Source: Azospirillum sp. 51_20
GTDB taxonomy: Bacteria; Verrucomicrobiota; Kiritimatiellia; RFP12; UBA1067
Assembly (NCBI GenBank): GCA_963600185.1
Contig: CAVCAF010000002.1
Location: forward strand, 1 to 35,615
DNA: 35,615 nt
Direction: 5' to 3'
Positions 1-8,501 of this stretch are shown piece by piece. Position numbers and translations under genes: made by a program. The notes below the pieces were generated by a model. The model made no database searches. It was not told where the DNA came from and saw nothing but the letters and a program-made list of their open reading frames with translations. How positions within the stretch are numbered: position 1 is the first letter of the stretch; each line of letters opens with the position of its first letter.

Positions 1-109
1 CCGTGTAGAAATGTAGAGATGTAGAGCTTTCTACAATTCTACAACTCTACACGGTTATAAGAAAAAAAACTCTGCGGCTCTGCGTGAGGAATCCGTGCAA
101 ATCCGCACC
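1..109. repeat. Modular word-repeat element, copy 1, possibly cut by the window edge. It has a hairpin of 3x TGTAGA-type octamers per arm, an A-run, 2x CTCTGCG followed by TGAG, and 2x AATCCG.
   Basis: Arms 1-24 and 31-54 pair, with loop 25-30. By hand count 24 positions give 20 Watson-Crick pairs, 1 G:T and 3 mismatches. CTCTGCG sits at 70-76 and 78-84, followed by TGAG. AATCCG sits at 90-95 and 100-105. The 11-mer CTCTGCGTGAG (78-88) recurs at 35210-35220. Confidence 0.6.
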
Positions 110-127
110 GCCAGAAAAAGCAAGGAG

Positions 128-1021
128 TTAGATAGTTTTGCTCTTGTTATCCTGCGATTCAAGATAGAAAATCGCGTGGGCGAATTCCATATTGACCATA
201 AGGAAGAAGCCTAGAACAGGCGCGAGTACCATAAGACAAATCGCCCTTAGCGCATCGGGTGCGATAGGCAAAACTCCTACAAGGACTAGAAGTATAAGAA
301 GAAGTATTGGCTTCCAATACAAACAATCGAGTTTAAAGGCAAGCATTTTGAGTCCGTCCATGCGCCGTGCACTCTCTTTAAAGCACCAATTCGCGGACTT
401 CGTGGGGTCGCCGACTTTCAGATACCAAATGAAGCGATAACGATAAACGACATACATAACGACAATGAGCGCGGCAAATGTCGCAAGGCAAGAGAGTGTT
501 AACCCGATAATTGTTGCGGAAAGATGTTCGTTGCACCAATCGTGGAAGTAGCCCATAAGTGCTAAAATCACGATATTAATAAAAGCGAGAGGTATAAGCG
601 CGATAAGTAGCCGAATCGCGAAACCAAAGATAAGAGCGAACAACCCGAGTGGCAACTTAAAGCCCCTAAACGCCGCGCGAAAGATTCCCTCTTGCGCCTG
701 ACAGACACCATAAAGAGCCGCGCTCGCGTAGCCGAAACTCTGAATGCCGCTAAACACCGCTTGAATAAATCGTGCGAAAAGTGACGCGACAATGGCAAAT
801 AGCACGGTATTTCGGGCGAGGCTAAAGACGCGGCGTTCGTATGTTATTACGAGTTGATCAAATGTCTCAACGCCCAATGCCGCGAAAAGTTGTCCAAGTA
901 AAAGTAGCGCGAGCGCGCAGGCGAGCGACAAAAACAACATAGCGCTCATGGCGCGTGCGCCCGACCGCGTGTGAAAAAGTGCCGCGCGCGCAGCGGCACG
1001 AATCTCTTTATTCGTTCTCAT
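128..1021 (-). CDS. Polytopic membrane protein of unknown function (DUF975-like, tentative)
   Basis: The ORF is 128..1069. I chose the start at Met17 (MRTNKEIRAAARAAL...) because the longest ORF merely abuts the stop of the upstream gene. The protein has many hydrophobic helices. Its N-terminus resembles DUF975 N-termini from memory. Confidence 0.6.
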   Translation of the reverse strand: MRTNKEIRAAARAALFHTRSGARAMSAMLFLSLACALALLLLGQLFAALGVETFDQLVITYERRVFSLARNTVLFAIVASLFARFIQAVFSGIQSFGYASAALYGVCQAQEGIFRAAFRGFKLPLGLFALIFGFAIRLLIALIPLAFINIVILALMGYFHDWCNEHLSATIIGLTLSCLATFAALIVVMYVVYRYRFIWYLKVGDPTKSANWCFKESARRMDGLKMLAFKLDCLYWKPILLLILLVLVGVLPIAPDALRAICLMVLAPVLGFFLMVNMEFAHAIFYLESQDNKSKTI

Positions 1022-1069
1022 GTCGTGTATTATACCAAAATTACGCGCACACGACAAAAGATGATTCAC

Positions 1070-1939
1070 TTAAAATTGATATTGCGCACTGAAGACGAGT
1101 CCGCTACCAACGCCCAAATCCTTCGTGCTACCGTCGCGATAGAACTTATCCTTATCGCCCGTCACGGCATACGCGGCAACGAGCGTGAGTTGCTTAGTGA
1201 CAAACCACGCGACATGTCCGTCATAGTAGTCGTGATTACGAATTCCATCCCCGACATCCGCACCCTTCTTATACTCAAAACCAATGGCGATATTCTCGCT
1301 CGGCAAGATATCAATATTGCCAAAAGCACTGAGTCCATAATGGTTATGACCAACGACACCGTTTACGACTTCATCCGTATAGAGAAGACCCGCCGATAAC
1401 AAAACAGGGAGCGGTGTTTGGGTGATGAGTTTAGAGGCGACGAGATACGCGTCCCAACCGTCCTTATCAAGCCCCAGCGCCTTAACCGTGCGCGAGTCGG
1501 TATGTTTATAAACGCCACCGATAGCGATTGCAGGAATCCACACCGTATCAAATGCGTTCTCATCCAACAAGCGCAACTTCGCGCCAATATTCTGGCTATT
1601 AATGGACTTGTCGCCGTACTTCTTCGCATTCACGAACCCATAGCCATACGAGAGCTCAAGGCGCTCAGCGAAGGTAAGCGCGGCAGAAGCCGCCCACCAA
1701 TTGATATCCGCTTCCGCGAGATTCACATACCACGCGCCGACCTGGGGCGTAGAGACGATGCCATTTAGGTTGCTTGTCGCGCCACCCTCCCAAGGCTGTC
1801 CCGCCGTGTAGGCGAGTGGGTTAAAGGCGATACCGCCCGTACCCTGCAAGTTATTGAGCGGTACACCCGCGAAGAGCGTGCCCGTTACAAGTGCCGCGAC
1901 CGTTGCCGCGAAAACATTCTTTACTAAACTATCTTTCAT
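1070..1939 (-). CDS. Outer-membrane beta-barrel protein (putative porin-like OMP)
   Basis: The start is set at MKDSLVKNVFAATVAALVTGTLFAG, a signal peptide preceded by AAAAGGAA. The sequence shows alternating amphipathic beta-strand patterns. The C-terminus is ...SAQYQF, with the terminal aromatic residue typical of BAM substrates. Confidence 0.7.
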   Translation of the reverse strand: MKDSLVKNVFAATVAALVTGTLFAGVPLNNLQGTGGIAFNPLAYTAGQPWEGGATSNLNGIVSTPQVGAWYVNLAEADINWWAASAALTFAERLELSYGYGFVNAKKYGDKSINSQNIGAKLRLLDENAFDTVWIPAIAIGGVYKHTDSRTVKALGLDKDGWDAYLVASKLITQTPLPVLLSAGLLYTDEVVNGVVGHNHYGLSAFGNIDILPSENIAIGFEYKKGADVGDGIRNHDYYDGHVAWFVTKQLTLVAAYAVTGDKDKFYRDGSTKDLGVGSGLVFSAQYQF

Positions 1940-1989
1940 GTTACAATTCCTTTTTATGTCGCCCCCACCATTGGGAGTCAACGCGTAAT

Positions 1990-1998
1990 ATTGTACCA
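1990..1998 (-). promoter_or_regulatory. Extended -10 box TGGTACAAT for the OMP gene
   Basis: The reverse complement of attgtacca reads TGGTACAAT, about 50 nt upstream of the 1939 start. It fits the TGnTA(T/C)AAT pattern seen at other promoters in this window. Confidence 0.35.
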
Positions 1999-2063
1999 TA
2001 ATTCCGCGTCCATTGGATAATCGGAATATACTAGATAACGCGATAGGTAAATCTTATTAGTCT

Positions 2064-2097
2064 AAAAAAGAAAAAAGCGCGAGAGATTCTCTCGCGC
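2064..2097 (-). terminator. Rho-independent terminator of fucI
   Basis: A perfect 9-bp GC-rich stem (gcgcgagag 2077-2085 / ctctcgcgc 2089-2097) has a 3-nt loop. On the minus strand it is followed by TTTTTTCTTTTTT (2064-2076). It lies about 28 nt after the fucI stop. Confidence 0.85.
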
Positions 2098-2124
2098 TTC
2101 CAAAGTTAATCGCCCTGCGGACAA

Positions 2125-3924
2125 TTAACGGTTCGTCGCGTAAAGCGGACCGAAGTTGGCACACGCGCGATAGTCCGCGCCCGTCGGGTCATCCGACGCA
2201 CCAAAGAGCCCCCAGCAATGCGGACGGTAGATCGCCTCTTCGGGTACATTGTGCATGGCGACAGGAATACGCAGCATCGACGCGAGCGTAATCAAGTCGG
2301 CACCAATGTGTCCGTAGGCGATCGCACCATGGTTAGCAGCCCAGGCGTTCATGACGGAGTAAACATCCTTGAACGCGCCCTTACCCGTTAACCGTGGCGT
2401 GAACCATGTGCACGGCCATTCGGGGTTCGTGCGGTTCATGAGGATCTCGTTTTGCTTCTTATCAAGTTCAACAGACCAACCCTCGGCAATCTGAAGAACA
2501 GGCCCCTGTCCCTTTACAATTGAAATGCGTGTCATCGTAAGCGGCATTCCCTTCGGCGTTAAGAACGAACTTGAGAATCCACCGCCGCGGAAGTATTCCA
2601 CGCCAGCTGGCACCCACTTCGTCGCCTTGAGGGTTGCATCCATATCCTTCTCGGTGACATCCCACCAATTCTTGAATACGCTCTTGCCTTTCTCCTTCAT
2701 AGCGCCTGCAGCGTCCAAGCAGCACGAGCCCGAGTTAAGAAGGTGGATAATGCCCTGCTTCGCCGCGCCCGAAAGACCCTTGCCCGTCGCACGCTTAACC
2801 GCCGCGTCGCTCCAGTAGGTGCGTACATCCGCGAACATCGAAGCCTTATTTGTCAAGAGCCACATGAGAAGCATGCAAACACCATTAAGCGAATCGTTCT
2901 CTGTCGCGACGATGCGCGGCATATGAGGGCCATTCCAGTCAAAGGAGGTGTTGTTGATCGCCTCCATTACATCGCCATTCGACCAGTGGTCGGTCCATTG
3001 GCGCTGCCCCTGGAAGCCCGCGGCAATCGCATTACGACCAACCGCCTCTTCACCGAAGCCCGCCTTCGCGAGTTTCTCGTTGCCGACCATCATGTCGCGT
3101 AGAATCATCGTCATTTTGACGACATATTCCCAGTCCTTATCCTTATCGGCACGCGACTTCTGGATGGCTTTCGGATTGTAATCCTTGCCTTCCTTGCAAT
3201 TCTTCTTGAACCAGGCGAGTGCTTTCTTGTACTCTTCCTTATCATAAATACCTTCAGCGATACGGCGCTCAATCTCGCACATATCCATGTTCTCAGGTGC
3301 CATGCCGAGGTAATCCTGGAAGAACGGCACATCCACGAACGAGCCCGCGATACCCATTGCCGAAGAGCCGACCGAGAGATAGCTCTTACCCTTCATCATC
3401 GCGACGGCAAGCCCCGCCTTCACAAAGCGCAGAATCTTCTCGCTGACATCCGCAGGAATCGAGGTGTCGTCCTTATCCTGCACCTCATGCCCATAAATAC
3501 CATAGGCAGGCATACCGCGCTGGGCGTAGCCCGCGAGCATGCAGGCGAGGTAAACCGCGCCAGGACGCTCCGTACCATTAAAGCCCCAGACCGCCTTCGG
3601 AATCTGCGGGTCAATATCCATCGTCTCGGTTCCATAGCACCAGCACGGTGTGACGGAAAGCGAAACGCCGACATTCTCGCGATGGAACTTTTCCGCGCAA
3701 GCTGCCGCTTCAGCGCGTCCGCCAATCGTCGTGTCGGCGATAACGCACTTCACAGGCGAGCCATCTGGATAGCGCAAAGAGGACGCGATTAACTTCGCGG
3801 CACTTTTCGCCATGTTCATCGTCTGCACTTCGAGCGACTCGCGCACACCGCGACGCCGCCCGTCAATCACGGGGCGTATCCCTACCGCAGGGAAGCCTGC
3901 CTTATCAAATATTGTATTTTCCAT
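2125..3924 (-). CDS. fucI: L-fucose isomerase
   Basis: The 599-aa product is colinear with E. coli FucI as I remember it. Shared motifs are [81 protein letters not shown] and [10 protein letters not shown]. An AAGGA Shine-Dalgarno lies upstream. Confidence 0.97.
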   Translation of the reverse strand: MENTIFDKAGFPAVGIRPVIDGRRRGVRESLEVQTMNMAKSAAKLIASSLRYPDGSPVKCVIADTTIGGRAEAAACAEKFHRENVGVSLSVTPCWCYGTETMDIDPQIPKAVWGFNGTERPGAVYLACMLAGYAQRGMPAYGIYGHEVQDKDDTSIPADVSEKILRFVKAGLAVAMMKGKSYLSVGSSAMGIAGSFVDVPFFQDYLGMAPENMDMCEIERRIAEGIYDKEEYKKALAWFKKNCKEGKDYNPKAIQKSRADKDKDWEYVVKMTMILRDMMVGNEKLAKAGFGEEAVGRNAIAAGFQGQRQWTDHWSNGDVMEAINNTSFDWNGPHMPRIVATENDSLNGVCMLLMWLLTNKASMFADVRTYWSDAAVKRATGKGLSGAAKQGIIHLLNSGSCCLDAAGAMKEKGKSVFKNWWDVTEKDMDATLKATKWVPAGVEYFRGGGFSSSFLTPKGMPLTMTRISIVKGQGPVLQIAEGWSVELDKKQNEILMNRTNPEWPCTWFTPRLTGKGAFKDVYSVMNAWAANHGAIAYGHIGADLITLASMLRIPVAMHNVPEEAIYRPHCWGLFGASDDPTGADYRACANFGPLYATNR

Positions 3925-3970
3925 ACTACTTTTCCTTCTAAGTTGAGATTCCTCAAACTTGACAACAACT

Positions 3971-3976
3971 ATTATA
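3971..3976 (-). promoter_or_regulatory. Candidate -10 (TATAAT) for fucI
   Basis: The reverse complement of attata reads TATAAT. This gives a leader of about 40 nt that contains the AAGGAAAAG ribosome-binding site. Confidence 0.35.
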
Positions 3977-4046
3977 CACTATTTCGCGCGGCACTAACTT
4001 CGTTTTCCGTTATTTATTTTCTCTGTTTTTTATAATCAAAATAAGG

Positions 4047-4052
4047 TATAAT
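4047..4052 (+). promoter_or_regulatory. Candidate -10 (TATAAT) for the XylR-type regulator, 10 nt before its ATG
   Basis: The sequence ggTATAATagtaggcgacATG has no convincing Shine-Dalgarno between the box and the start. A second TATAAT lies at 4031-4036. Confidence 0.35.
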
Positions 4053-4062
4053 AGTAGGCGAC

Positions 4063-5247
4063 ATGAACGCAAAAAGATCTACATCTAGTCGTATCTACAA
4101 AGTTCTGCTCTCGCCCAAGCTTGAAGGCAAGGCTGGGCGCGGACATCTCTCGGGCATTCTCAGCTACTTAGACTCGGGGCATGTTTGGGATATCAACCTC
4201 GTGCGCGCCCAAGCAGACTTAAGCCTTAAGGAAGTTAAGAAGGCGCTCGCGGCAGGTGCGGACGGTTTTCTTCTGAGCCTACCCGAAACAAGAAACGCGC
4301 GTAGCATCTTGCGGCTACTCCAAAAGAACCGCAAGCCCGTCGTCGTTCTCGACAATCACGATCCACGCTTAGCGGGCACGCACTTCACAGCCGTGCGCTT
4401 TGATACGGAAGCAATCGTAAGCGCGGCAATTGCACATTTTGATAGTTGCCTCCCCAATGAAATACTTGCGTTTGTGCCTGACCCAGGCGGCGAATCGTGG
4501 TCACTCGCGCGGCAAAAGGCGTTCAAGAAATTGATGACAGCAAAGGCGCGTCCCTTCCGTATTTATAAGTCCACTCCTAACAAGTCGCTTACGGACTTCC
4601 TAAAAGCACTTCCGCAACCCGCGGGCATTCTCGCCGCCAATGACTTAACGGCACTACGCGTCGTGGAGACTTGCGCGGCGGCAGGACTAAATGTCCCCAA
4701 CCAAATCGCTGTCTTGGGCATTGACAACGACGAGTTTATTTGCGGGCACGCGCGTCCCCCTATCGCCACAGTCGAGCCTAACTTCGTAGGAGCAGGTTAC
4801 TTAGCCGCGCGCGCGCTGCAACTCATGATGGACGGAGGTCGTACGCCAAGCGAACTCATCGTTAAAGAAAGTGTAAACAACCTCGTTTTACGCGCGAGCG
4901 CAAATGCCTTACGGGGTAAGCCGCGCCTCGTCGCGGACGCGCTCGCCTTTATCCGTGAGAATGGCTGTTCTATTAGTGTAAGTGATGTCGCTCACCACCT
5001 CGGCATTTCACGCACGGGACTCGACGCGGCATTTCGTAACCACGCGCGGGGCAAGTCCGTTGCCGAAGAGATTCGCGAAATTCGCTTCGCGCATGTCTTA
5101 GAAATGCTCGCGAGCCCCAATATTCAGATTAGCGCAATTGCCGCGCGCTGCGGCTGGCGCTCACCGACGCATTTAATGTTCTCTTTTCGAGAACGCTTTG
5201 GCATGGGGATGCGCGAATGGCGGCGCATTCACTTTAAGAGCAAGTAA
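4063..5247 (+). CDS. XylR/AraC-family sugar-responsive transcriptional regulator (periplasmic-binding-protein-like sensor plus AraC HTH)
   Basis: The N-terminal ~280 aa are LacI/PBP-type (ILAANDLTALRVVETCAAAGLNVPNQIAVLGIDNDE). The C-terminus is an AraC-type double HTH (VSDVAHHLGISRTGLDAAFR ... IAARCGWRSPTHLMFSFRERFGMGMREWR). The gene is divergent from fucI. Confidence 0.85.
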   Translation: MNAKRSTSSRIYKVLLSPKLEGKAGRGHLSGILSYLDSGHVWDINLVRAQADLSLKEVKKALAAGADGFLLSLPETRNARSILRLLQKNRKPVVVLDNHDPRLAGTHFTAVRFDTEAIVSAAIAHFDSCLPNEILAFVPDPGGESWSLARQKAFKKLMTAKARPFRIYKSTPNKSLTDFLKALPQPAGILAANDLTALRVVETCAAAGLNVPNQIAVLGIDNDEFICGHARPPIATVEPNFVGAGYLAARALQLMMDGGRTPSELIVKESVNNLVLRASANALRGKPRLVADALAFIRENGCSISVSDVAHHLGISRTGLDAAFRNHARGKSVAEEIREIRFAHVLEMLASPNIQISAIAARCGWRSPTHLMFSFRERFGMGMREWRRIHFKSK

Positions 5248-5255
5248 TCACCCTT

Positions 5256-5669
5256 CTAGTCTTCATCCGCACGCTTATAACGAAACTGCCGCGTGGGATT
5301 CTTTTGCGTTTGTTGCGACGAGGTTTCTTGAACGGCACTCTCGGCTTTGCGGGCATGGACGAGGATTGTCCGTCGATAGCCCGCGCGTCCAAGGTAATTA
5401 TGCTGAAACACCCACGGCGCGCGACGATCGGTATAATCTTCGTCTATAAGAATATGTAACGTCTTATCCTTAGGTATCTCGTACTTCTCAAGAAGTTCCA
5501 CCGCTTCCTTGGGTGTCACAAAGCGGTCATGGAACAATATACCGCGATTAGAAAAGCGAATAAGGGGATGCGCCGCGTCATAGGTCAGCACTTCAGATGA
5601 AGCCGTTTGACATCCCGTCCCCCAAAGGCACGCGAGAAGTCCGAACGCAACTAGCGCAAGCGCCTTCAT
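5256..5669 (-). CDS. Small lipoprotein, unknown function
   Basis: MKALALVAFGLLAC carries a canonical L-L-A-C lipobox. The start overlaps the kdsB stop by 4 nt (5666-5669). I recognise no family. Confidence 0.6.
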   Translation of the reverse strand: MKALALVAFGLLACLWGTGCQTASSEVLTYDAAHPLIRFSNRGILFHDRFVTPKEAVELLEKYEIPKDKTLHILIDEDYTDRRAPWVFQHNYLGRAGYRRTILVHARKAESAVQETSSQQTQKNPTRQFRYKRADED

Positions 5670-6412
5670 TTTTGCCGCGCCTCAAGTAGTGCGGCGACGC
5701 GCACGGCGTCCTCGGGCGTATCGACGCCCACGCCTTCGTCTTCAGTGCGCACAACCGCAATCTTTGCGCCCATATAAAGGGCTCGTAGTTGCTCAAGTTT
5801 TTCTGTCTTCTCTAAAGCGCACTGGGGCTCACGGATATAACGCTTCAGGAATCCGCCGCGATACGCGTAAATCCCCAAATGCCGCACATAGAGTCCCGAC
5901 GCGAAGTCAGGCGTGTTATCACGGTCGCAAGGGATAGGCGCACGCGAGAAATAAAGAGCCCCATCGTCTTTATCCAAGACGACCTTAACAACAGTCTTCG
6001 CGGCAAGATCCGCCGCGGTCTTGAGTGGCGCGACAGCCGTTGCCATATCCCACTTCGTGCTCAACTTAAGCTTTAGGACGAGCGCGTCTATGAGTTCTGG
6101 ATTAATAAGCGGTTCGTCGCCTTGGATGTTTACGAGAATATCGTCATCGGCGAAGTCGCCCGCCGCGCAGGCTATGCGATCCGTGCCACTCGGCAATTCC
6201 GAAGGTGTCATTACGGCACGACCACCATGACGCGCAACCGTATCGGCGATACGCGCGTCATCCGTCGCCACAAGCACTTCATCAAGGCTCTTCGCCTTCT
6301 TCACAGCTTCCACAACCCAAACAACGAGCGGCTTGCCCGCGAGAAGCGCGAGAGGCTTACCAGGGAAGCGACTAGAACCAAAGCGACTAGGAATAATACC
6401 ATATGTTTTCAT
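5666..6412 (-). CDS. kdsB: 3-deoxy-manno-octulosonate cytidylyltransferase (CMP-Kdo synthetase)
   Basis: GIIPSRFGSSRFPGKPLA and NIQGDEPLI motifs are present. The length (248 aa) and overall colinearity match KdsB. Confidence 0.93.
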   Translation of the reverse strand: MKTYGIIPSRFGSSRFPGKPLALLAGKPLVVWVVEAVKKAKSLDEVLVATDDARIADTVARHGGRAVMTPSELPSGTDRIACAAGDFADDDILVNIQGDEPLINPELIDALVLKLKLSTKWDMATAVAPLKTAADLAAKTVVKVVLDKDDGALYFSRAPIPCDRDNTPDFASGLYVRHLGIYAYRGGFLKRYIREPQCALEKTEKLEQLRALYMGAKIAVVRTEDEGVGVDTPEDAVRVAALLEARQK

Positions 6413-8496
6413 GCGTTTTCTTTCTCTTCTACCGCCACGCGCGTGAAGAATAACTGTTTCAAATCTTTTAAACGCCGCTCTTGTTGACAGAGCGCCCAGA
6501 GCATGAAGCTACGCTTCTTATCGAATCCATAACGACTAGGAATGTCAGGGCTAAACGACTCAAACTCATCGCGGTGCATTGATAAACACCACGCCATAGC
6601 CCGCGTGCGATGTTCAAAGCCATCAAAAAACCGTTCCGCGAGTTCTAACATGGACACCTGATGTTGCTTTTGGAAGCCCTTGAGCGCGTGGGCATAATGG
6701 ACAATATAGAAGCTCTCAAGTTTCTTAAGGTTCTCTTCGGTAAACGCGAGATCAGGCCACGCCATACTACCACGGATAGAACATGTCGCTACACGCGTCG
6801 GCAAAACGCATCCCGCGGCAATGTCGTAATCAAACTCATAAATCTCTTTGCCAACATCGTAAAGAGGAGAAGGTCCCTCAGGCGCTTTCGCATCATATTT
6901 CTTCATCGCCATATTCTGCGCCGCCGCGTCGCCCATAAGTGCCGCGAGCCCCAATACGACTTCGCGCTCTTCTTGGGCAGAATCTTTAGACGAGCGATAA
7001 TAATTCTCGGGTATTGCCCGCAGTGTCTCGCCTGGACAGCGCGTACGGATATAATAATCAACCTCACGTGAGCGTGAAGTAAACCGCCGCCGCAACATCT
7101 TATAGTAAGCGGCGAGCGACACGCCAAGCGCACGAAAAAGTCCAATTCGCGCAAGCATAAAACTCGAATAGCCGTGCGCACTATGCGCGAGGCTCTTCAC
7201 GATGAGCGCCTTCTCTAGCGGACAACGATCGGTTTTATAAATCACTTCACGCGTTCTACCCTTGCCAATTACCGTCGTCTCATCCTCACGAATCTCATAG
7301 ATGTTGGCATATTCAATCGATTCATCCTTGGACATAAGTCCGCGCAAATTAGAGAAGATAATCTCACTACGCGCGTCACAGCCAAGGTGCAAATTAGGTC
7401 GTCCCGAAACGAATGTCGCCCCAGGTAGTGCGGCACGGCGATCATCGAATGCCGCGGTAACGCCCTCTCCCGCGACAAGATACACTTCACCCGTAATACA
7501 CATGTAAAGCGCATCGGCAAAGACGGCACTCTCTTCATCCGCATATTCACGCTTACAAAGATGGCTCTCAAATTGTGCGACAAGTTCCTCGGCGCGATGC
7601 GGGATTTCATCTTTCGCGATTCGTTTAAGCTCAATCGCTTCCATGAGACGCTCCATTTGGGGGATGAGCGTCGTCTGAGCCTCCCCGCGGCGAATGCCGA
7701 AGAGCTCGATTTCATGGTGCCCGTGATATTTCGGTAGGCGCGTATAAGAGCACGGATTGCCCTCATAGATACTCACGAGTTCCTTTAATTCGCGCACAAA
7801 CTCAGCGAGATCTGTCCGTGCTCGCGCGGCAAAAAGTTTAAACTCGCTAAAGGACAGAAAATGGACACCCCGCGCAGAGTGATAGTAATTAAGCCGCGTT
7901 GAAATGCGCTTACGCGAGGCGGCGAGGGCAGAGCGAATCTCATTAGCCGTCCACGCGAGTGGCTTTACGCGCCATTCTTCGCCGAGACGATGATAATGCT
8001 CTATTACCGCTTCGGTGCGATCGGTGAAAACAACATCTGTCATCGGCAAGCCCGCGACTTTAAGTAGCCAATCATCCGCCGCAAAAAGCACCTTCGCGCT
8101 TACATCACGCTGGGCGACTTCTAATTTATCGTCTACGATATTCGCACAAAGAATTGACTTCTGCAAAACTTCGCTTCGCCGCGCGGGCGGCACATGGGAG
8201 AGTGTCCAGAAGCGTCCATCTAAAAGGGGAAAGGCGGCAACCGCATGGTTGCCCGTCGTCATCGTCAAAACGCGTCCAACTGCTCCACGCGCAAGTGCCC
8301 GCTTTTCTACGAGAAGGACGCTCGGTCGCCCTGTTAAATTCTTACTTATGCCGCGCTCAAAAATATAGGTGTCACTGCCAACATCCCACGCACTAAAGAC
8401 ACGCGTACGCCCCATAGTCACCGTCGAGACTGATTCGCCGCGCTTACTGCCCGTATGCGTGACGCGTCGAATCAATTCTCGAATGGAGCTTGCCAT
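6409..8496 (-). CDS. Orphan 695-aa protein; the C-terminal half may be an atypical (AceK-like) kinase fold
   Basis: It is an uninterrupted ORF. It is coupled to kdsB by a 4-nt overlap and starts 5 nt after the murU-amgK stop. Candidate motifs are GKGRTREVIYK (411-421), MGDAAAQN (D523-x4-N528) and EIYEFDYD (D556/D558). They parallel AceK PGDMLFKN ... VVFYDYDE from memory. Confidence 0.75.
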   Translation of the reverse strand: MASSIRELIRRVTHTGSKRGESVSTVTMGRTRVFSAWDVGSDTYIFERGISKNLTGRPSVLLVEKRALARGAVGRVLTMTTGNHAVAAFPLLDGRFWTLSHVPPARRSEVLQKSILCANIVDDKLEVAQRDVSAKVLFAADDWLLKVAGLPMTDVVFTDRTEAVIEHYHRLGEEWRVKPLAWTANEIRSALAASRKRISTRLNYYHSARGVHFLSFSEFKLFAARARTDLAEFVRELKELVSIYEGNPCSYTRLPKYHGHHEIELFGIRRGEAQTTLIPQMERLMEAIELKRIAKDEIPHRAEELVAQFESHLCKREYADEESAVFADALYMCITGEVYLVAGEGVTAAFDDRRAALPGATFVSGRPNLHLGCDARSEIIFSNLRGLMSKDESIEYANIYEIREDETTVIGKGRTREVIYKTDRCPLEKALIVKSLAHSAHGYSSFMLARIGLFRALGVSLAAYYKMLRRRFTSRSREVDYYIRTRCPGETLRAIPENYYRSSKDSAQEEREVVLGLAALMGDAAAQNMAMKKYDAKAPEGPSPLYDVGKEIYEFDYDIAAGCVLPTRVATCSIRGSMAWPDLAFTEENLKKLESFYIVHYAHALKGFQKQHQVSMLELAERFFDGFEHRTRAMAWCLSMHRDEFESFSPDIPSRYGFDKKRSFMLWALCQQERRLKDLKQLFFTRVAVEEKENA

Positions 8497-8501
8497 AAGC
8501 C

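Noticed and set aside
1-54. The triple-octamer hairpin as an ordinary rho-independent terminator
   Set aside because: On the plus strand it is followed by TTATAAGAAAAAAAA rather than a T-run. On the minus strand the T8 run precedes the hairpin instead of following it. Its membership of a modular repeat explains it better.
3941-3959. A short imperfect palindrome (TTGAG-ATTC-CTCAA) in the fucI leader as an operator
   Set aside because: It has only 5 perfect bp per arm, and extension requires a bulge. This is too weak to call without comparative data.
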